From: Azolla caroliniana
Lineage: Eukaryota; Plantae; Polypodiophyta
Assembly (NCBI GenBank): GCA_043228905.1
Contig: JBHGNT010000013.1
Coordinates: 13,454,001 to 13,518,000, forward strand
Length of the DNA: 64,000 nucleotides
Direction: 5' to 3'
The position numbers and the translations under genes were made by a program. Of the stretch, positions 60,463 to 64,000 are shown piece after piece (within the stretch, counting starts at the first letter, position 1; the number at the start of each line of letters is the position of its first letter). The notes beneath the pieces are model-generated. The model had not been told where the DNA came from. It made no database searches and saw only the letters and a program-made list of their open reading frames with translations.

Positions 60463-63400
60463 TGTAATACATAGGATATTATTTTCATTTAAGTTTTATT
60501 ATAGGAAATTAATGTATATTCTAGATTTCTCTGGAACATTCTAGAAGCTTCAGGATTACTCCTGAGAACACTATAAAAGAAGGCACTAGGCATTATGTTG
60601 AACCAAATTGGTTCAACGCCAATCTTAAGCCTCTTAGCCACTTTGTACTTATCCTTCACATAATATATTAGTTGTTATCATCATCTCTCTCTCTCTCTCA
60701 TCCTCACTATCTCTCTCTCCTCTTCTCTCTTTCCCTCTCGGGAATCTTACGTAGTCCCGTCCTCTTAGTACTAATAGTACTTCTCTTCTTTAGTACTAAT
60801 TTTGTCTTTGCTTTAGTACTATTCCTGACAGTTTGAACCAATTTTTCCTCAAGCCTACTTGTCGTTCTCCCTCATCCTCCTACCCTTTTCCCTATACTAT
60901 GGCTACTGTTAGCGCCCAAGAATATCAATCCGTTTTCTCCGAGCTACAGTGCCTAAAAGAAAAATTTGTTGCCTTGGAACAAGAAAACCAACGGCTTATA
61001 GGGGATCTGCAACAAATCGCTCTAGAAAAACAACAAACGCAGCAACAACATGGGGAGTTAGCGTTACGGGTACAACAACTCGAAGCAACATTGCAACAAC
61101 AAGGATCGAGTCCCCAAGGATTTCATAAAGAGCTGAAGATTGGACTTCCGGTGAAATTTGATGGAACGCGATCGCAATTCCGGGGATTCCTTAATCAGGT
61201 ACGATTAGTCATCCAAATGCATCCTTCCCAATACCCCACTGATGCATCCCGAGTCAGCCTAATAGCGTTGCTTAGCGGCTCAGCCTTAGCATGGTTCACG
61301 CCGATTCTAGAAAAACAATCGCCCTTGCTTAATAACTTTGAAGATTTTATTAGTGAGTTTAAAGCCTGCTTTGGAGACACCAACAACATCAGGACGACGA
61401 TCAACAAGATCCGACGATTGCGTCAAGGAGATCGTCCAGCCTCTACCTACATGGAGGATTTCCGTCTACTTGCTTTAGATATCCCCTGGGATGATCAAGC
61501 GCTAATGGAGCAGTTTTGCTACGGCCTGCGAAACGATGTCAAAGATCTACTTCTAACATTCCCCAAAGAACCAAAGTCTCTTACGGAGGCAATTAGTCGA
61601 GCGGTCCGATGCGACAACCACCTTTTCGAATGACATTTGGAACGTCAATTACAGATACCATGCTCTAGGCCGGAGCTCACTTACGCCTCTGTCGTGGCTA
61701 AACCATTTGCACGAGACATACCTCAAGCAATGGAGACCGATACCATGCGTCGACGTGGCCTGTTATCGGAAGAAGAAAAGCAACGACGATGTGCAAATAG
61801 ATTATGTCTTTATTGTGGTGGACCAGGGCATATCACAATTAATTGTCCCCATAGGCCAAGAAGACAGGTAAATCAAATCGTAGCCTGTACTAAACCCGAG
61901 TCAATTCTTCCCTTAGGAGTGTTTGATAGTATTAATAGTACTAATAGAGTGTTTGTATTAATAGTAATAATAGCCCAAGTATCTCAAACAAATTTGAAAT
62001 CCTTAGTCAATTAGATGAAGAGTTAAATGATTGAGTCCAGCCAAAATAAGAGCCGTTTGGTTGGACAACCCTAGATATGTACAACCCATTAGTGGTTCCA
62101 TTCCGTCTAAGCAAGTTAGCAATGTGTTCCTAGCCCAAGTCATGGTTAGTACTAACACTTCTAGATTCCGGAGCTAATTCCTGTTTCATGGATCGAAATT
62201 TTGCCCAAGCTTCTCAGATATCCTTAAAAAAACTTCCTTGCCCCGCATCTGTAGTAGTCATTGATGGTCGTCCCATTGCTTCCGAGAATATTGTAGAAGA
62301 GTCAGAACCCATTTGAGTTGTCCTAGGTAGTTTTGTGTGTGTAGTAGCATTTAATATAATTAGTAGTCCAGAGCATCCCATTGTCCTGGGATTACCTTGG
62401 TTTGAATTACATAATCCAGACATAGATTGGAGAACAAGAGAAGTTCGACATCGACAACCCCAAGAATCTACTCATCAAGTTTCAACCATTTCACTACCTC
62501 AATTACATGAAGAAGGACACAAGGAGGTAATGTTCCTATTTGCAATATCAGTACATCCTTCCAACCCTATTAAAGAGGAATCCTTAGTACAACTTCTGGC
62601 AAAATATCATCCTTATGCCGATGTATTTGACAAGGTAAAAGCCGGTACTCTTCCTCATCATCGTCCCTATGATTGTCCCATCGATCTACAACCGGGAGCA
62701 GAGCCACCATGGGGACCAATTTACAACTTGTCCCCCACCGAGTTAGAAGTCCTTCAAGCCTACATAGAGGAGAACTTGGCAAGCGGGTTTATTCGTCATT
62801 CGAAATCTCCGGCCGGTGCACCCATCTTCTTTGTCAAGAAGAAAGATGGCTCACTTCGTCTCGTCGTTGATTACCGCGGCTTAAATAAAGTCACCATCTG
62901 GAATAGGTATGCACTTCCTCTTATATGAAGTCTTTTAGAGCGAGTTAATGGTTCCAAGTTTTTTACAAAAATCGATCTACGAGGAGCGTATAACCTCGTG
63001 CGGATCCGACCAGGAGATGAATGGAAGACCGCCTTTCGCACGCGGTATGGGCATTTCGAATATACTGTTATGCCGTTCGGTCTAACCAATGCACCCGCAG
63101 TCTTCCAACACATGGCAAATGATATATTTAGAGACCTCTTGGATATCTGTTTGATCATCTATTTGGATGATATCTTGATTTATTCGAGGACCCAGGAAGA
63201 GCACGATTCTCATGTACTATTAGTACTAAAACGACTCCGCGAGAATGGTCTTTATGCCAAGCTAGAAAAATGTAGCTTTGACTGCAAGCAAGTGGAATTT
63301 CTAGGCTACGTCATCTCCTCAAAGGGCATCTCCATGGACCCAGCTAAAGTCCAAACTGTGCTAGAGTGGCAAATTCCACGGTCGGTACGAGATGTACAAT

Positions 63401-64000
63401 GTTTTCTAGGTTTTGCTAACTTCTATCGCAAGTTTATACAGGATTACTCGAAGATTATTTTACCTCTCACACAACTTACGAAGAAGGGACTTGAACATTT
63501 CTTTGGTCCCATGAAGCGGACATGGCTTTTCGGCATCTTAAGAAAGCCTTTATGTTAGCTCCTATTCTAGCACATGGGGATACAAAGAAACCATTCATCA
63601 TGGAGGCTGACACATCGGATTTTGCCCTCGGTAGCATCCTTTCTCAACAAGGAGATAAAGAAGAGTTACATCCTAAGGCTTTCCATTCGCGCAAATTCGA
63701 TGCCGTGGAAATCAACTACGAAATACATGACAAGGAGTTATTAGCCATTGTGGATTCCTTTGTGCAATGGCGACATTTCTTAGAGGGCTCTCCACATCAG
63801 GTCATCGTCTTTCGTGATCACAAAAACCTAATGCTCGGGTGCTAAATCGACGGCCAGCTCAGTGGGCTCAATTCCTCACGCGTTTCGACTTCAAAATCAC
63901 ATATCGACCGGGGAAGCATCAATGAAAAGCAGATGCGCTATCATGACATTCATATCTTACACCTCGTCTTGGTGATCCAACGTTTGATAATCAAAAGCAA
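60463..64000 (+). mobile_element. Ty3/gypsy chromovirus (Tcn1/Tf1-sushi-like), degenerate, extending beyond the window
   Basis: 5' LTR at 60463-60830 (TG..CA, TATA at 60572). Gag reads PVKFDGTRSQFRGFLNQ..LLSGSALAWF with knuckle CLYCGGPGHITINC. Protease LLDSGA, RT ([23 protein letters not shown]) and RNase H (EADTSDFALG..YEIHDKELLAIV) follow. Internal stops are present. Confidence 0.95.

Noticed and set aside
60899-61633. Domesticated PEG10/RTL1-like gag gene
   Set aside because: It lies inside an LTR element followed by PR-RT-RH with nonsense mutations. The similarity reflects shared sushi/chromovirus ancestry.

Overview
Eukaryotic plant nuclear DNA, probably from a seed-free vascular plant such as a fern. 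That assignment is inferred from the Tcn1-type chromovirus, the RTEX-like LINE, the tRNA-Trp-primed gypsy element and the secretory-type PPO. Four protein-coding host genes are present: a spliced RING-H2 E3 ligase (minus, 1663-4650), an intronless P-class PPR gene (plus, 33371-36298), a ~2,930-aa TNO1-like coiled-coil golgin (minus, 38647-49983) and an intronless polyphenol oxidase (minus, 54866-56491). There is also a tRNA-Thr(AGT) gene. The stretch from 6.5 to 33 kb is a nested transposon block: a ~523-bp tandem array is split by an RT-only copia element, which itself holds a gag-only gypsy element. The block also has a hAT MITE, LINE relics and a second copia carrying three solo LTRs. The window ends in a PPO relic, an RTEX-like LINE and a self-priming Tcn1-like chromovirus. 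The most notable unexplained signals are (i) six ~23-nt near-identical sites separated by mostly unrelated spacers upstream of the E3 ligase, resembling a PHO2/miR399-style target array or serial mini-uORFs, and (ii) a gag-only LTR element with a tRNA-like Pol III cassette in its LTRs, covarying hairpins and a chimeric LTR pair. All coordinates were read by eye and no database searches were run.
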